NCBI GenBank assembly: GCA_029261065.1 | Contig: JAJDCB010000030.1 | Coordinates: 260,876 to 324,875 of the forward strand | Direction of reading: 5' to 3' | DNA length: 64,000 nt | Source: Candidatus Omnitrophota bacterium | Lineage (GTDB): Bacteria > Omnitrophota > Gorgyraeia > Zapsychrales > Zapsychraceae | Shown here: piece after piece, positions 46,970-56,363 of the stretch | Numbering within the stretch: the first letter of the stretch is position 1 | Layout of the letters: each line of letters opens with the position of its first letter | The notes under the pieces: generated by a model | Told to the model about the DNA's origin: nothing | The model's database searches: none | Seen by the model: the letters and a program-made list of their open reading frames with translations, nothing else | Program-made: the position numbers and the translations under genes

Positions 46970-48322
46970 ATGCGCCCACAACACTCACTCGAAAAAAGAA
47001 ATTTACTCCCCCAAGATCTTCAACCGATCAATTCTATGCAAGACTATAAAGCCCAAGGTGGTTTAGAAGGGCTTAAGAAGGCGCGGACGATGACGCCGGA
47101 AGAGCTTATTGCTGTCGTTAAAGATGCAAATCTTCGCGGTCGTGGAGGAGCGGGATTTCCAACGGCGATCAAGTGGGATACGGTTTCAAAAATGCCGGAT
47201 CCTAAAAAATATGTTGTCTGCAATATGGCAGAGGGGGAGCCTGGGACTTATAAAGATCGTTATCTTGTTAGTAAAAATCCTTATTTAGTTTTTGAAGGTA
47301 TGCTTATTGCGGCTCATGTGATTGGCGCTAAACAGGCAATCCTTGGAACCAAGAAAAAATTTAAAGATATTGTGCTTCGTTTACAAAAGGCATTAGATGA
47401 ATTTGAAGATGAAGGTATTGTTGAGCGTGGATTTTTAAAGATTGTTTTAGGACCTGATGAATATTTATTTGGAGAAGAGAAAGCTTTGTTGGAGGTGATT
47501 GATGGGCGTGCGCCCATGCCTCGTTTTTTCCCACCTTTTATGGTTGGTGTTGGTGTTGGGCCAACCGAAACAAATCCGACAGTTGTCAACAACGCAGAAT
47601 CGATGAGTCATTTGCCCAGTATCGTATCGAATGGAGCTGATTGGTTTCGATCTATGGGAACGGAGGATACGCCTGGTACCGTTATTTTGTCTATTTCAGG
47701 TGATGTGAAAAATCCTGGTATGTATGAAGTAGAGCCTGGTCTAACGGTTAACCAGATGCTCAATGATTTAGCTGGAGGTCCGATAGGTGATCTTCCCTTT
47801 AAAGCTGTTTTTTCTGGAGTAGCCAATCGCGTTTTAACACCCGATCAATTTGATTTAAAAGTCGACTTTGGAACTTTAAGGGCCGCTGGAGTAGGTTTAG
47901 GGTCTGGTGGTTTTATTGTTTATGATCAAAGCCGCAGCATGGTTGATGTCTTATGGATGTTTGATAGATTTCTCGCCGTATCGTCTTGTGGTCAGTGTGT
48001 TCCATGCAATATGGGTACGCGCGTCATCACAGATCATATTGAAAAATTAAGGGATGGACGAGGGTGTGAAGATGATATTGAAGCGATTTTAGCGGAATGT
48101 GGTCGCTGCACCAATCAAACAAGATGTTTCCTACCTACCCAAGCCTCAATATTAAGCCGCAGTGTCATCGAGAAATTTAGAGCAGAATTTGAATATTGTG
48201 CCAAAAATCAAAATTATGAAAAAAGTGATTTGATTCTTCCTAAATTACAACATTTTGACGATGATTCGGGTGAGTTTGTCTATGAGAGTGATCCAATTGA
48301 ATTTCGTGTAGAAATCGTTTAA
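46970..48322 (+). CDS. Stand-alone NuoF-like flavoprotein (FMN, SLBB, 4Fe-4S)
   Basis: LRGRGGAGFPTAIKW, CNMAEGEPGTYKDR, GEEKAL, PTVVNNAE, LGSGG, SCGQCVPC...RCFL. Confidence 0.88.
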   Translation: MRPQHSLEKRNLLPQDLQPINSMQDYKAQGGLEGLKKARTMTPEELIAVVKDANLRGRGGAGFPTAIKWDTVSKMPDPKKYVVCNMAEGEPGTYKDRYLVSKNPYLVFEGMLIAAHVIGAKQAILGTKKKFKDIVLRLQKALDEFEDEGIVERGFLKIVLGPDEYLFGEEKALLEVIDGRAPMPRFFPPFMVGVGVGPTETNPTVVNNAESMSHLPSIVSNGADWFRSMGTEDTPGTVILSISGDVKNPGMYEVEPGLTVNQMLNDLAGGPIGDLPFKAVFSGVANRVLTPDQFDLKVDFGTLRAAGVGLGSGGFIVYDQSRSMVDVLWMFDRFLAVSSCGQCVPCNMGTRVITDHIEKLRDGRGCEDDIEAILAECGRCTNQTRCFLPTQASILSRSVIEKFRAEFEYCAKNQNYEKSDLILPKLQHFDDDSGEFVYESDPIEFRVEIV

Positions 48323-48333
48323 GATAACAACAG

Positions 48334-48846
48334 ATGTCTTTAAAAACTACCATATGTATTGTTTTATCTCTTTTCCTAATCAGCGGATGCTTCTGGAGAG
48401 ATCCCAGTCGATATTATAATAAAGTCGATAAATATTCGATTAAATTTCCAGCTGGTTGGAAAAAGATTAATGAAACGGATGATATTGTTTCATTTGCACC
48501 ATCGGATTTATCGACGAATATTATCCGTAATCAAGCAGATATATCAGTCACTGTTGAGCCTACCTTAGATAAAATCACTCTTAAAGAAGCTTTTTTTAAT
48601 GCCATTAAATATGAAGAAACAGAGCATGGGGCCGAACTTGTTGATCATGGACACATTTTTATGTCTGGGCAAGATGGCCGGTGGTTTGTTTCAAGGCGAG
48701 AAAGCGGTATATTAGCTAAAGTCTATATCACGGTAAGAGACTCTGAGAAGATATATATCATTTTTTGCTCGGTCGATCAGTATGAATATAAAGGGTTTTC
48801 AGAAATATTTGAAGATACTGCCTACAGCTTCGAATTCCTCAAATAA
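48334..48846 (+). CDS. Lipoprotein, PsbP/DcrB-like fold suspected
   Basis: Lipobox ISGC, YSIKFPAGWK, C-terminal FEDTAYSFEF. Confidence 0.6.
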   Translation: MSLKTTICIVLSLFLISGCFWRDPSRYYNKVDKYSIKFPAGWKKINETDDIVSFAPSDLSTNIIRNQADISVTVEPTLDKITLKEAFFNAIKYEETEHGAELVDHGHIFMSGQDGRWFVSRRESGILAKVYITVRDSEKIYIIFCSVDQYEYKGFSEIFEDTAYSFEFLK

Positions 48847-48865
48847 TCATCACCTCATTTTTGTA

Positions 48866-48897
48866 CGAATAAAACGTGTTATCGTAGTGTTACACTA
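48866..48897 (+). promoter_or_regulatory. Candidate ECF-sigma autoregulatory promoter overlapping a palindrome
   Basis: CGAAT-N18-GTT (48866-48891), close to the SigR/SigH consensus GGAAT-N18-GTT. Palindrome TAGTGT-T-ACACTA at 48885-48897. Confidence 0.45.
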
Positions 48898-48964
48898 ATA
48901 GAAGGGTGTGGTTTATAGCTTCTATAAATAGCTAAATACGTAAGATAGTGTCAGGGGAAGATGC

Positions 48965-49498
48965 ATGAAATATGAAGGGGAAAAAAGGCTGGATCAAAAA
49001 GAGTTTGAAGAGCTTTTAATGGCAAACATGGGCTCTATGTACAACCTTGCTCAAAGGATGACGGGTAACCGTGACGATTCTTATGATTTGGTTCAAGAGG
49101 CATCATTAAGGGCTTTTCGCAATTTTGATAAATTTGAAAAGGGAACAAATTTTAAGGCATGGGTCCTAACAGTTTTGAGAAATATTTATATTAATCAATA
49201 TCGGAAAAAGGTAAAAGAGCCTTATAAAGTTAATTATGACGATTTCTCAGATTATGTGGGCGTTCCTGCCACCACAGGTCTTCAAGAGGAGATTTTTGGC
49301 GAGTCCTTGCAAAATTGTATTGATCAGTTGTCAGAAGATTTAAAATCTGTAATTACATTATTTTATGTGGATGGCCTTTCCTATAAAGAGATTGCAAAGG
49401 TAATGGACTGTCCTATAGGGACCGTTATGTCGAGGTTGTATATGGCCCGACATTTATTAAAAAAACGTTTAACGGAAGTGATGAAACATGAAGTCTAA
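48965..49498 (+). CDS. ECF RNA polymerase sigma factor (SigR/SigH-like)
   Basis: DLVQE...FDKFEKGTNFKAW...NIYINQYRKK, GLSYKEIAKVMDCPIGTVMSRL. Confidence 0.93.
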   Translation: MKYEGEKRLDQKEFEELLMANMGSMYNLAQRMTGNRDDSYDLVQEASLRAFRNFDKFEKGTNFKAWVLTVLRNIYINQYRKKVKEPYKVNYDDFSDYVGVPATTGLQEEIFGESLQNCIDQLSEDLKSVITLFYVDGLSYKEIAKVMDCPIGTVMSRLYMARHLLKKRLTEVMKHEV

Positions 49499-50273
49499 AA
49501 TGACATGCCAAGATTTTAAAGATAATCTTTATAAGTTTTTAGATAAAGAGTTAACGGAGCGCCATAATTTCGATATGAAGCAACACTTGGATGCCTGCCC
49601 TTTATGTCAATTAACATATGAAAATGAAAAGAATTTTGATGGATTGGTGCGCTCGCATAGTGTTAAAGAGGATGCTCCTTTTGATTTAAGAGAAAGTGTT
49701 TTAGAAAGTATCCAGTCACAATCTAAAGTGTCCTTTTGGGAGAAATTAGGTTGGGTAAATACTTTTTTAAAACCTGTTGGTGTCGCTTTATTAGTTGTTA
49801 TCATCTCGATCACAGTTCTTTCAACGCGAACAGAATCGTTTCCATTGTTTAAAGAGTCAGTTACCAGACATCTCGATTGTCTAAAAGGTTCCTATCCTAT
49901 GGAGATTAAGACAAGCGATATAGAGGAGGTGACACGTTGGTTTGAAGGTAAATTGAATTTTGTCGTCAATGTGCCTGAGTTAGTGGGAAAAAATGTGGAA
50001 CTAAAAGGGGCAAGGTTGTGTCATCTGAAAGATAAGAAGGTTGCGCTATTAACCTATCACGTAAAGGGCAAACGTATGACGGTGTTTGTCATTGATTCGC
50101 ATAATCTAAAAATACCCTCATCAAAAGTTATCAAGGGTGAAGGTAGTAAGCTTTATGTAAATAAAGAAAAAGGATATTTAAGCGCGTTCTGTCTCAACAA
50201 GAAAACAGAAGGTGTCGGTTGTGTCTTCGTTTCAGATATGTCAGAGGAAGAGCTGCTTGGGCTTATTGGTTAA
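49488..50273 (+). CDS. Membrane-anchored zinc-binding anti-sigma factor
   Basis: MTC...HLDACPLC (HxxxCxxC), one TM helix, extracytoplasmic domain with WFEGKL...GARLC. Overlaps the sigma gene. Confidence 0.88.
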   Translation: MKSKMTCQDFKDNLYKFLDKELTERHNFDMKQHLDACPLCQLTYENEKNFDGLVRSHSVKEDAPFDLRESVLESIQSQSKVSFWEKLGWVNTFLKPVGVALLVVIISITVLSTRTESFPLFKESVTRHLDCLKGSYPMEIKTSDIEEVTRWFEGKLNFVVNVPELVGKNVELKGARLCHLKDKKVALLTYHVKGKRMTVFVIDSHNLKIPSSKVIKGEGSKLYVNKEKGYLSAFCLNKKTEGVGCVFVSDMSEEELLGLIG

Positions 50274-51215
50274 ATGGTTATGAATATTAAAAAAACAGGA
50301 ACTATAGTTATTGCTACGTTTTTGTTTGTGAGTTCTTTTCAAGCCTCTAAGGGAAGTTGTTCTGATTTTGATTTCTCTAATGCTCAAGTGGATCAAAATG
50401 CATTTAAGTCTGGTGGCCCACCTAAAGATGGTATTCCTGCCTTAACGAATCCAGAGTTTATTAAACAAAGTGAAGCTAAATTTTTAGATGATGATGAAAG
50501 GGTTGTTGGCGTTGTGATCAATGGAATTGCGCGAGCTTACCCTTTATCCATTTTAAATTGGCATGAAATTGTTAATGATGTCATTGATGAAACTCCTGTT
50601 GCTATAACGTGGTGTCCTTTAACAAAAAGTGCCGTGGTCTTTGATCGCAATGTGAATGGACAAACATTGGAGTTTGGTGTCTCAGGGTTGTTGTATAACA
50701 GCAATGTTGTTATGTATGATCGCAATTACGATGGGTTGTGGTCCCAAATGAAGATGGGAGGGTTAACAGGGAAAGGGGCTACAGCAGAATTAAAAAACTT
50801 ACCTTCACAAGTAACGACGTGGAAGCAATGGCGGCAAGAATATCCTAACAGTCTTGTTTTATCAAGAAAAACAGGGCATAGGAGAGACTATCAATCGAAT
50901 CCTTATGAAGGATATCACAATACCTCTCAAGTCATGTTTCCTTTACCGGATATTGATGATAGGGTCCCTCCTAAGAGTCTTGTTGTTGGAATACGATTAA
51001 AAGATAAGGCCAAGGCATATCCTTTAGATATGTTACAAAGGATAACGCAGCCCATTAATGATCAGGTGGCCGGTGTTGACATCACCATATTTCCCGCTTT
51101 AGATGAAAGTGTTATTGTTCAAGATACTCATGGAAATCGTTTAGCTTCTGTTGTAGCCTATTGGTTTGCATGGAGTGGTTTTAATCAAGATTCGTTATTG
51201 TATAAGGAGAAATAA
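50274..51215 (+). CDS. Exported DUF3179 family protein
   Basis: SGGPPKDGIPAL, ARAYP...WHEIVND, TWCPLT, FGVSGLLYNSN, YWFAW. Confidence 0.88.
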   Translation: MVMNIKKTGTIVIATFLFVSSFQASKGSCSDFDFSNAQVDQNAFKSGGPPKDGIPALTNPEFIKQSEAKFLDDDERVVGVVINGIARAYPLSILNWHEIVNDVIDETPVAITWCPLTKSAVVFDRNVNGQTLEFGVSGLLYNSNVVMYDRNYDGLWSQMKMGGLTGKGATAELKNLPSQVTTWKQWRQEYPNSLVLSRKTGHRRDYQSNPYEGYHNTSQVMFPLPDIDDRVPPKSLVVGIRLKDKAKAYPLDMLQRITQPINDQVAGVDITIFPALDESVIVQDTHGNRLASVVAYWFAWSGFNQDSLLYKEK

Positions 51216-51219
51216 TTTA

Positions 51220-51891
51220 ATGCAGCTATCAGGAAATGCCTTTGATTATGTTATCGCTTTTTGGAGCGGTGTTTTGGTTAGTTTTACTCCTTGTGTTTAT
51301 CCAGTGATGCCTATTACGGCAAGCTTTATTGCGGGAGTTAACACCAAGGGAACAAAATTGATGGGGTTTGTTATTTCATTGATTTATGTTTTTGGTATTG
51401 CCCTGACTTATTGTGCTTTGGCAGTTTTTGCGGCTTTAACAGGAAAGATTTTTGGCCAAATTCAAAATTCACCTCTTGTTTTTTCTATCGTTGCTATTTT
51501 CTTATTCTTTTTTTCATTAGTTATGTTTGATATTATTCAATTACCTTCCCTTGGCATTTCGTTTCACGACAAAATTAAGAAGAAAAATATTTGGAGTGTC
51601 ATTTTATTTGGCATGGCCTCTGGTTTAGTTGTTGGCCCATGCACGGCACCTATTTTAGGAACATTATTGGTTTATGTAGGAGCTAAACAAAATGTTTTAC
51701 ATGGAGCTAGTTTATTGTTTGCTTTTTCATATGGCGTAGGGGCGTCATTGATTTTGGTTGGAACATTTAGTGGGATGCTCAGCAATATGCCTAAATCAGG
51801 CACGTGGTTAATAAGAATTAAGCAATTATGTGGATTGATTCTTATGGGAGCATCTTTCTATTATGTGGGAAAAGCCTTTGGATTAATTTAA
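51220..51891 (+). CDS. CcdA/DsbD-type transmembrane disulfide reductase domain protein
   Basis: SFTPCVYPVMPIT and GPCTAPIL in a multi-TM protein. ATG at 51220 after AAGGAG. Confidence 0.9.
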   Translation: MQLSGNAFDYVIAFWSGVLVSFTPCVYPVMPITASFIAGVNTKGTKLMGFVISLIYVFGIALTYCALAVFAALTGKIFGQIQNSPLVFSIVAIFLFFFSLVMFDIIQLPSLGISFHDKIKKKNIWSVILFGMASGLVVGPCTAPILGTLLVYVGAKQNVLHGASLLFAFSYGVGASLILVGTFSGMLSNMPKSGTWLIRIKQLCGLILMGASFYYVGKAFGLI

Positions 51892-51924
51892 TATTAAATA
51901 TATATACAGAAAGGAATTCTTAAA

Positions 51925-52305
51925 ATGAAAAAATTATTAACGATGATGCTAAGTATTTGTTTACTCTTGGCCGTTAGTAGCACAATGGCGGGGGCTGAGT
52001 ATGATAAAGGCAGTCATAAAGAGATGCCTAAAAATGTAACTATAGGTGGACCTGCGTTGGGAGGGATGTGCCCTGTGTGTGTTTATAAAGGCAAAGCCAC
52101 CATGGGTAATCATCACTTTGTGACAAAGTATAAGGGTGATGTTTATTTTTTTAAAGGAATTGATCAACAAAAGGCTTTTGTTAATGATCCGGAGAAGTAT
52201 TTAGCGGATATTCAAACTAAATATGATGCTCTTACGTCTAAAGGGAGTGCTAAGAAAGAAGAGATGAAAGGAAGCGAATCGCATCAAAAGAAGGGAAGTT
52301 ACTAA
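51925..52305 (+). CDS. Exported YHS-domain-like protein
   Basis: Signal peptide, GMCPVC, YKGDVYFF...FVNDPEKY, AAAGGA RBS. Confidence 0.75.
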   Translation: MKKLLTMMLSICLLLAVSSTMAGAEYDKGSHKEMPKNVTIGGPALGGMCPVCVYKGKATMGNHHFVTKYKGDVYFFKGIDQQKAFVNDPEKYLADIQTKYDALTSKGSAKKEEMKGSESHQKKGSY

Positions 52306-52325
52306 TTAAGAGATTATTGAAGAAT

Positions 52326-52364
52326 AAAAAAAAAGAGGTTAGCTTTTGCTAACCTCTTTTTTTT
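52326..52364. terminator. Intrinsic (bidirectional-type) terminator
   Basis: A9-GAGGTTAGC-TTTT-GCTAACCTC-T8. Confidence 0.9.
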
Positions 52365-52395
52365 GTTGTATGATGACTTTATTGGAGGAAGGGCA

Positions 52396-52818
52396 GTGGC
52401 AAAAGAAAAAATGTTTTTTTCAGAAATTCAGGATACGCAACCTTATTTGTCAATTATGATGATAAGGGTGTTTTTGGGATGGATTTTCTTTAAGGCTGGA
52501 ACGGGAAAGGTTTTTGGCTGGTTTAGCTCAGGAGGCGTTGAGTCGACAGTAAAACTTTTTCAGGATTTTGGTATTCCTTTTGCGCGATTTAATACATTCT
52601 TTGTTGGTTGGCTTGAATATGTTTGCGGTGCGTTGCTCATAATGGGGCTTTTTACAAGAGCTGCTGTTATCCCTCTCTCTGTGACCATGTTTGTCGCTAT
52701 CGCTAAGGTTCATCGGGAAGTAGGTTATTATTATCCTTCCCTCATTCTCCTTTCTTTGTTCATATTATTACAATTTGGGGGAGGCCGTTATTCTTTAGAT
52801 CATATGTGGAAAAGATAA
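52396..52818 (+). CDS. DoxX family membrane protein
   Basis: IRVFLGWIFFKAG-GK, E-VCGALLIMGLFTR, GGGRYSLD. GTG at 52396 after GGAGG. Confidence 0.88.
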   Translation: MAKEKMFFSEIQDTQPYLSIMMIRVFLGWIFFKAGTGKVFGWFSSGGVESTVKLFQDFGIPFARFNTFFVGWLEYVCGALLIMGLFTRAAVIPLSVTMFVAIAKVHREVGYYYPSLILLSLFILLQFGGGRYSLDHMWKR

Positions 52819-52857
52819 TAATTTGGAAGTTATTTAGTATAGATACTAAATAAAAAT

Positions 52858-52884
52858 GGATGAGATGAATACTCATCCTTTTTT
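52858..52884 (+). terminator. Intrinsic terminator after doxX-like gene
   Basis: GGATGAG-ATGAATA-CTCATCC-TTTTTT. Confidence 0.7.
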
Positions 52885-52916
52885 ATTTGTTTAAATGAGT
52901 AAGCCCATTTTTCTTG

Positions 52917-52961
52917 GAGATGATTACATCTCTGGACAAGTTGAGAAACAATGAGTATAAT
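52917..52961 (+). promoter_or_regulatory. sigma70 promoter for yceI-like gene with abutting palindrome
   Basis: GAGATG-ATTA-CATCTC (52917-52932) directly before TGGACA-17 nt-TATAAT (52933-52961). Confidence 0.6.
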
Positions 52962-53025
52962 AGGCTAAATTTGATCTTAATTTATGTTAAGAAAAATTTA
53001 GTGGTTTTAACCCTAAGGAGGAGTT

Positions 53026-53622
53026 ATGGTTACAGAATTTAAGAAGGTTTGTATTTTGTTGATATTTGCTTTATTTGCAGTTAGTTCATCCGTCTTGGCG
53101 GCTGACACATACGAAATCGATGCTGGTCATTCTACGATCGGTTTTGCCGTTAAACATCTTGCCGTGGGAACAACGCGGGGGTCTTTTACAGACTATGCGG
53201 GTGTTTTTAATTTTGATCCTAATGATTATTCTACCTTTGAAGTGGATGTTACGATTCAAACAAAAAGTATTAATACAAATCTAGAAGCCCGTGATACTCA
53301 TTTGCGTAGTGGTGATTTTCTAGATGCTGAAAATAATCCTACCATTTCTTTTAAAAGTACAAGATTAGAAAAAAGAGGTGAGGGGCAAGTTATTGTTGGT
53401 GATTTAACAATCCGTGGTGTAACAAAACAAGTGACGGTTCCTGTCACTTTAGCAGGTCCTGTAAAAAGTCCTTTTGGAGCTACTGTTATTGGTATTGCAG
53501 GAGATTTGAGGATTAATCGCCAAGATTATGGTGTTGCGTGGAGCAAAAATCTTGATAATGGTGGATTAGTTGTTGATGATTTTGTTGATTTGATTGTTGA
53601 GCTTGAAGCACAAAAAAAATAA
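53026..53622 (+). CDS. YceI family periplasmic protein
   Basis: Signal peptide, YEIDAGHSTIGFAVKH, RDTHLRSGDF, GDLTIRGVTK, INRQDYG. Confidence 0.93.
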   Translation: MVTEFKKVCILLIFALFAVSSSVLAADTYEIDAGHSTIGFAVKHLAVGTTRGSFTDYAGVFNFDPNDYSTFEVDVTIQTKSINTNLEARDTHLRSGDFLDAENNPTISFKSTRLEKRGEGQVIVGDLTIRGVTKQVTVPVTLAGPVKSPFGATVIGIAGDLRINRQDYGVAWSKNLDNGGLVVDDFVDLIVELEAQKK

Positions 53623-53626
53623 TAAC

Positions 53627-53658
53627 CAAGTAACCCCGCCAAAAGGCGGGGTTACTTG
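53627..53658 (+). terminator. Strong 14-bp hairpin after yceI-like gene (terminator or mRNA stabiliser)
   Basis: CAAGTAACCCCGCC-AAAA-GGCGGGGTTACTTG, with a weak U-tract. Confidence 0.75.
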
Positions 53659-53672
53659 TAACTTTTACAAAC

Positions 53673-54866
53673 ATGGATCCTCACCTTACAACCTCACTAG
53701 TCGAACTTCTTCTTATAGCATGCACCGTTGCCATTTTTACTTCTTGGCTCAAACAACCCTACACGATTGCCTTAGTTTTAGTCGGGCTTGTGGTTGCTGT
53801 CTTAAAATTAACACCCGCCATTCATATTTCACATGATGTTACTTTTACTTTAATATTACCCCCTTTGTTGTTTCAAGGGGCGATGCATATGGATTTAGAG
53901 CGATTGCGGAATAATTGGAAAGCCATTGCGATGTTGGCTATTCCAGGTGTTGTTTGTTCGACTTTTCTTATAGGTTTTTTGATACATAGTTTTTTAGGTA
54001 TCGAATTTATCTACGCTTTGTTATTTGGCGCATTGATCACACCCACTGACCCTATCTCCGTTCTTTCAATACTTAAAAAAGTAGGGGCGCCTGAAAGGTT
54101 AAGGGCGATATTAGAGGGGGAAAGTCTCTTTAATGATGGGACGGGTGTTGTTGTGTTTTCTATTATTCTTGCGATGACAACGGGTGTTCATGATTTTAAT
54201 GCCACAGATGCTATTATGAAATTTTTTATGGTCGCTGGAGGTGGTACGTTAGTAGGATTAGCTGTAGGTTTCATAGGTTTTAAAATCTTACAAAAACTTA
54301 ACGATCATCTCTTGGAAGTCGCTTTAACCGTTGTTATGACTTTTGGAACACCGCTTCTTGCCGAACATTTTCATATGTCTGGAATCATCGCTGTTGTTGT
54401 TGCTGGTCTCATTATTGGTAATTATGGGAAAATTTATTCAATGTCTGAAAAGACAAGGGAGACTTTAGAAACATTTTGGGAGGTTATTGATTTTGTAATT
54501 AATTCCCTTTTATTTTTAGTCATTGGTATTGAATTACAGGTTGTTGAACAAAGCGATTTGTTGCGGTTGTGGTTGCCTATTATAACAACCCTTGGGATTT
54601 TGTTGTTTTCAAGAGCGGTTGTTGTTTATCCTGTTGTTTGGATTAAAAATAAAATAAGTGATCGACCTATTCCTCCTGGGTGGTCGCATGTTCTTTTTTG
54701 GGGAGGGTTAAAGGGGTCTTTATCTATTGCTCTTGTTGTTGGTTTGCCTTCCGACTTTCTTTATCGTGACTTTTTTCTTGCTGTAGCCTTTTCCATAGTG
54801 TTATTTAGCCTTGTCATACAAGGGCTTACAATGAAACCCTTGTTGCGTAAACTTGGTCTAACCTAA
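53673..54866 (+). CDS. CPA1 family Na+/H+ antiporter
   Basis: LPPLLF, TDPISV, EGESLFNDG, SGIIAVV, WGGLKG. Confidence 0.92.
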   Translation: MDPHLTTSLVELLLIACTVAIFTSWLKQPYTIALVLVGLVVAVLKLTPAIHISHDVTFTLILPPLLFQGAMHMDLERLRNNWKAIAMLAIPGVVCSTFLIGFLIHSFLGIEFIYALLFGALITPTDPISVLSILKKVGAPERLRAILEGESLFNDGTGVVVFSIILAMTTGVHDFNATDAIMKFFMVAGGGTLVGLAVGFIGFKILQKLNDHLLEVALTVVMTFGTPLLAEHFHMSGIIAVVVAGLIIGNYGKIYSMSEKTRETLETFWEVIDFVINSLLFLVIGIELQVVEQSDLLRLWLPIITTLGILLFSRAVVVYPVVWIKNKISDRPIPPGWSHVLFWGGLKGSLSIALVVGLPSDFLYRDFFLAVAFSIVLFSLVIQGLTMKPLLRKLGLT

Positions 54867-54872
54867 TAATCA

Positions 54873-55481
54873 ATGAAATTCATAGTTTCCAGAATTGTAT
54901 GGTGCGTGTTTATCCTTTTGATAAATCAGACGCAAAGTGTATCTTATGCGGGTGATATCGGGAAAAAATATGTTATTGATCAAGAGGAATCATATATTGA
55001 ATGCCGTATTAAGTATTCTCTTATTGGGATGTATAAATCAAATTTTAAAGATTTTTCTGGTTACATGTTATTTCATCCACGAGAGATAGAGAAAAGTAAA
55101 GTTGTGTTGAATATTGAGACAGCTAGTTTAAAATCAAAATATTCTCGATTGGATAAAGTGGTTTTATCAAAAAGACTTCTAGAAGCTGAAAAATATCCTC
55201 AATTAACTTTCGAAAGTAAATCTTTTAAAAGAGAAGAAGATTATTTTCTTGTTGCGGGATTAATCAATATCCATGGGATTGAGCGCGAGCTTGAATTTCC
55301 TTTTGCTTTAAAAAAGTTTAGATACAAAAATAAAGAAGGAGAATTTCTCGTGGCACGAGGGCGATGGAAAATTCATCGTAAGGATTTTGAAATTCTTTGG
55401 AGTGAAGTGTGGGATAAGGGAGGGATTGTTGTTGGAAATACCGTCACGATCGATTGGTTGATGAAAGCAAAGTTGCTTTGA
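54873..55481 (+). CDS. Second, divergent YceI family protein
   Basis: YVIDQEES, KYPQLTFES, GLINIHGIE, IHRKDF, GGIVVG. Confidence 0.8.
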   Translation: MKFIVSRIVWCVFILLINQTQSVSYAGDIGKKYVIDQEESYIECRIKYSLIGMYKSNFKDFSGYMLFHPREIEKSKVVLNIETASLKSKYSRLDKVVLSKRLLEAEKYPQLTFESKSFKREEDYFLVAGLINIHGIERELEFPFALKKFRYKNKEGEFLVARGRWKIHRKDFEILWSEVWDKGGIVVGNTVTIDWLMKAKLL

Positions 55482-55490
55482 TGAGGAAAT

Positions 55491-56363
55491 TTAAAAATTT
55501 AGAGAAGAGATGACTTGATCAATGGGCGTTGATTTGTTTAGGGTGTAGAAGTGAAGGCCGGGAGCGCCTCCATTAAGGAGTTCTTGGCATTGTTTAATGG
55601 CAAAGGCAATGCCAGCTTCTTTGACGGCTTCTTTATCTTCTACGATAGGTTCGAATATAGATTTGACTTCTTCTGTTACAGTAGCCCCACAAAGTTTTGT
55701 AAAACGTAATAATCCATGATAGTCCGTAATAGGCAAAACGCCAGGGATGACTCTTGTTTGGACATCAATATTTTTTAAGCGAAGTACATAGTCAAAATAA
55801 TCTTGATTATCGAAAAAGAGTTGTGTGATAACAAAATTGGCTCCGGCGTCTGTTTTTAGTTTTAGATATTGGGCATCTTGATCGCGATCTGGGCAAAGAA
55901 GATGGCCTTCAGGAAATCCAGCGACTCCTATTGAAAAATATTGCGCAAAATGTTCTCTGATGAAAGCGCATAGTTCACTGCTATATTTAAAGTTGATATC
56001 GGTTGGTTTCCAATCGGGATTATCAGTAGGAGGATCACCACGAAGCGCGAGGATGTTTTGGATGTTGCGTATTTTGGCATCTGTAAGGATGTCTTTAATT
56101 TCATCTTTGGTGTGAAGGACGCAGGTCAGGTGAGCTAATCCGGTGATGTTATGTTTTTCTTGAAGATGCTGCACAATATCAAACGTTTTATCTCGATTGC
56201 CTCCACCAGCACCATAGGTGCAGGAGATGAAATCAGGCTTAAATGCGCTTAATTCAGATATGGTATTGAGAAGTTTTTCGAATCCTTTCTCTGTTTTAGG
56301 CGGAAAAAGCTCGAAGGATAATGTCTTTTTTTTGTTCGGAAATATGTCTGATATGCGTTTCAT
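55491..56363 (-). CDS. metF: 5,10-methylenetetrahydrofolate reductase
   Basis: SFELFPPK, TYGAGG, AHLTC, LALRGDPP, AGFPEGH, ITQLFFD, HFYTLN. Confidence 0.96.
   Translation of the reverse strand: MKRISDIFPNKKKTLSFELFPPKTEKGFEKLLNTISELSAFKPDFISCTYGAGGGNRDKTFDIVQHLQEKHNITGLAHLTCVLHTKDEIKDILTDAKIRNIQNILALRGDPPTDNPDWKPTDINFKYSSELCAFIREHFAQYFSIGVAGFPEGHLLCPDRDQDAQYLKLKTDAGANFVITQLFFDNQDYFDYVLRLKNIDVQTRVIPGVLPITDYHGLLRFTKLCGATVTEEVKSIFEPIVEDKEAVKEAGIAFAIKQCQELLNGGAPGLHFYTLNKSTPIDQVISSLNF

Noticed and set aside
46970-48322. Complex I (nuo) operon
   Set aside because: No other nuo subunits in the window, so the gene symbol was withheld.
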